A stretch of DNA of 39,748 nucleotides, taken from the NCBI GenBank assembly GCA_002633005.1, contig NMRA01000063.1:320635-360382 (forward strand), in the 5' to 3' direction. The notes under the pieces were generated by a model. It did not search any database. It was not told the origin of the DNA and worked only from the letters and a program-made list of their open reading frames with translations. This DNA comes from Phoronis australis. Its lineage: Eukaryota; Animalia; Phoronida. Of the stretch, positions 35,870 through 39,748 are shown one piece after another. Position 1 is the first letter of the stretch; every line of letters starts with the position of its first letter. The translations under genes were made by a program, and so were the position numbers.

Positions 35870-36790
35870 TTTTTTTAGTACGTTTTTGTTTGCCTCTCTA
35901 TCAACAATTCAATGGATCGTTATGAACATAGGGAGATTTGTTCTGATGAGAAGACTGCAATTAACGCTGATTTTCGGTCGGGTTCTACTGCTCTGGCACT
36001 CCCTAGTGGCAATTTTTTTTCTTCTGCGTCTGAGCTGTACCTCCTTAACTCTCTGCATGATCTTTTTAAAGTTTGGCAGATGTGTTCCTATCGAGATAGC
36101 AACAAATGGCAACAAGTTTCAGACCAACCTGTCTGCAGCTGTGCTCCCTTAGGGCAAGGCAATTTTATTTTTTAACGTTTGCCTCTGTTATTTAAGTTAG
36201 GGTGCATTTTCGTGAAATTTAACAAATAAGTTTCTATTAAGGAGACAACAACGCCTTTTCGTTGTCAGGCAGATTTGACACATTATGTCCCATCAACACT
36301 TTTATTATTTTGAGTCCGTTTTTGCCGTCCGCCTCTTTATCTGCCAAACTGCTCAATAGATCATCACTTAACTTAGCAGTAATGTGTTCCTAATGAGAAG
36401 ACCATGGCTGAGGTGATTTCTGGATGGATCTGACTACTGTGTTGGCCGCTTTTGGTTATTTTGTATTTTTTGCGACCATACCTATAGTTCTACTAAATGC
36501 GACAATGACTGCCCATGACTTTTTGGACGGTCGGGGTCTGAGTCTTACTACTGCTGCACCTCCCAGTTTCAATTTTAGTTTCCACATTTGCCTATGTATT
36601 TTTGGAGTCCCTTAGTGGATTTTCATGACTTTTGGCAAATAGTTTTGGAATAGAGATACAGCAGCTTCCAAATTTCGGATGGGCTCGGGGTATTCTGCAC
36701 CATGTAATCATGTTCATTGTAGAAAAAAAACACCCCTTGCAGCACACGGTTTGCAGTGCAGTAGTGGGTGCATTTCAGCGCTCTTGTAAT
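35870..36790 (+). mobile_element. Second, more decayed partial copy of the HINE-like family at 3380-4992
   Basis: Shares unit motifs (ccctagtggcaatttt, aagtttggcagatgtgttcctat) and the 3' end gcacacggtttgcagtgca..gtgggtgcatttca. Confidence 0.7.
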
Positions 36791-38124
36791 ATTAAGTTAC
36801 AACACTCTCACTTGTGTTACTCTCTGGCCAGTTTACAATTAATCAGCAATCTGTGATTTGTGATTTAATACTGAAATTTGAGGTACAGTATGAAAGCAAA
36901 GCATGCATGAGCATACCTTTGCTGGACATCCTGACCATGACCTTATGTGCTTTGTCACGATATTGATTTTCAGTTATAGGCGTGCAGTGATGGACTGGGC
37001 TGTCCCTTTGTTAGTTTACATGTTTATAAGTTAAGCCTAGTGAAATATCGAATCTTGGAAGCGTGAAACGACAGATCCCAATTTTGGAATTAATTTCAAT
37101 AGATGGTGAACCAGTTTTCCAATGACATGTACTATGTTGGAGATATCCTAATAAACCACACTATGACGTCTTTATGATTCTAATCCCCTTCCCCCTGTCA
37201 TAAATCATAATTTTTTTCAAACCCTAGCCCTCCGAGTGATGATGTGATTATTTTTGAAGAAAATATTGGATAACATTAAACTTTATCAGTGTAGTGTACA
37301 TGTTGGCATGTAGGTTAATTGTTTATAAAAACATAAGAGAGGCAATTGGGTGTGGGTTCAGTTGTTGGGAGATCTCACTAAGAAGTGGTTCATGTCAAGT
37401 GTTAGGATTTCATGGAAAAGACTTGTCTGCACAGTGAGTTTGCACCATCGCATCTGTAGTACTTAAAAGCTGCTGCAGCACTTACAAATCTGTGACTTTG
37501 TTGTTTGAATACAGACACACATGAATTACAGGGAAATTGATTACATCAACAAATTTTCAAATTGTTTATGTGTGTGTAGCTTTGCATTTGACCCTGTGCT
37601 ATTTGTTGCCATGGAAGTGCTTTGCTATGCTTTCGTTATGTAATCTATTAAAATTGGAATATTTGGAATACTTGGGGCAGCTTCCCATTCAACTATGAAC
37701 GTGGGACAAATTTTCTTCAAAAAGTGATATGTTATAAATACCAGGGTTTTTTGCAGCAAAAAGTGATCACCCCTTTGACAACGTTAAAGTGGTGCATTTT
37801 CTTTTCGTTTTGATCAGCAAGAATCACCTCCTGCAAAATCAGTCAGTTAGTATCACCTGCACCAAGTCTATTTAAGACAAAGTTTTTGTTTTTGCTTGTA
37901 ATGAAGGGTTGTGCTTGAGGTTTAATTTCAGTTAAACTTTATTCGACTCGTTTCAAAAGATAAATAAATCAAACCCTGTGTTTATTATTAACATACATTC
38001 ATTCATTCAATGAATTTGATTCCTGAAATTATCCCTTTTAGTCTTGTAAAAAATCAGCTTAGAAATTAACCCTGGCTGGTTTTCAGCATACAAGTTCTAC
38101 AAGCTGGAATGTGGCACGCTATAA

Positions 38125-38559
<435 letters not shown>

Positions 38560-38592
38560 TGACATCATCAGCAGTGTCATTCCTTACCAGTG

Positions 38593-39000
38593 CAGGGGCG
38601 GATCTACGTTTTCAGTAAGGGGGGGGGGTTTAGGATTCCCGCAAAAGGTCGAATCCGAGGCACGTGGCGCCGAGAGGGGGGAGGTCGGGAGGGGGGTTTC
38701 CCCCCTCCGTGTAAGACCATTTTTTGTTTTTGTAGCCAAATAGTGAAATTTCCATGCAGCCTGGTAAGTTTCTGGCACTAATAACATGTCTCTTGAGTTT
38801 TTCTTATGATAATTTAAAACCCTTCTCGATTTCGTCGCATGAACGTGGCTCACAAGTTTCGTGAAATCATATTTGTGCACATCTGGGTATGAATCACGCC
38901 ACCAGCAAAAATTTTTGTTGGAACATCTGCTTATACACACCTTTTTAGCATACGAAAAGTCGTATATGAAAAAGTCTGGTGTGTGTGGGGGGTTAGACAA
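38593..39000 (+). mobile_element. hAT-like MITE fragment
   Basis: Starts caggggcggatctacg...ggggggggg with G/C-run hairpins; right end not identified. Confidence 0.45.
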
Positions 39001-39339
39001 CTACCAAATATTCAAGAGCATAAGGAGCACCCGACGGGGAGTAAAACATTGAATATCAGATGATCGCGTAACAGCAGCCTCAAGTTGTTTTAGAACGAAG
39101 ACCTGAACTGTTAGTCTGGAAATAAACATGTGTTCTGTCTAATTATGAGAAAAATTGGCAAACGATGGTGCTCTCAGCTCATAGTATATTATTAAAAGCG
39201 ACAATAAACAATTAGGTATCACTTCATTAAGCTGAATCACGTTGACCACAATTGAAAAACGTCAGATGTATCTGGAAACGAATCAGCTGAAAACAGTTTC
39301 AAGAAACCAAAACATTCTGTACATCGTGGTGAAAATATA

Positions 39340-39620
39340 AACAGGACCAGTTCGCAGAGGGACCAGATGTACACTGAGAGTACACAAAAAGGCCTGGTCC
39401 GTCACGAGACCAAAAGTACACCTGTGCTTATTATCCCTATAAACATAGTTGATCTGTGGCGGGACCAAACAGTACTGGCTGAGATAGATAGTTTTACAAA
39501 GCACACTTTGGTAAAAAAACATCACAAGACTAGTTCGCCGAGGAACCAGAAGTACACTGAAACTCACTATCTACACAAATCAAGCTGGCCTGGTCCCTCG
39601 CGAGACCTAAAGTGTACTAT
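39340..39620. repeat. Degenerate tandem repeat
   Basis: Recurring ggaccagttcgcagagggaccagatgtacactga / ggcctggtccgtcacgagaccaaaagtacac motifs. Confidence 0.6.
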
Positions 39621-39748
39621 GCAAAAAAGTTTGAATTGAAAACTTCTCTCTAGACACTTTTTAATGCCCAGTGGTTGCTCATACATGTATTTTATACATC
39701 TGGTCGTCAACTGCTGCGAGAGGTTGTCTAGGAAGGGTTTTCGCACCG

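Overview
AT-rich, intron-containing animal genomic DNA, probably from an invertebrate bilaterian. It is not prokaryotic, so most ORF-track entries are noise. Two spliced protein-coding genes lie on the + strand. The first is the last four coding exons of the microsomal triglyceride transfer protein large subunit (MTTP, 1160-6279). The second is the first three coding exons of a ZCCHC24 orthologue (15788-38322, continuing past the window), with a CCAAT/TATA promoter. Introns and the intergenic region are full of non-autonomous or decayed transposons: two Helentron/HINE-like repeats, an Academ-like long-TIR element, a Harbinger-like long-TIR element, ISL2EU-like deletion derivatives, a pogo-like deletion derivative, a LINE 3' fragment, a tRNA-derived SINE and hAT-like MITEs. 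There are also many minisatellites. I found no convincing new coding system. The most interesting signals are arrays of CTCF-like motifs carried by two unrelated repeats, and an intronic 20-bp array that combines an E-box with an ARE-like site. All family assignments come from reading the sequence by eye and recalled consensus sequences; no database searches were run.
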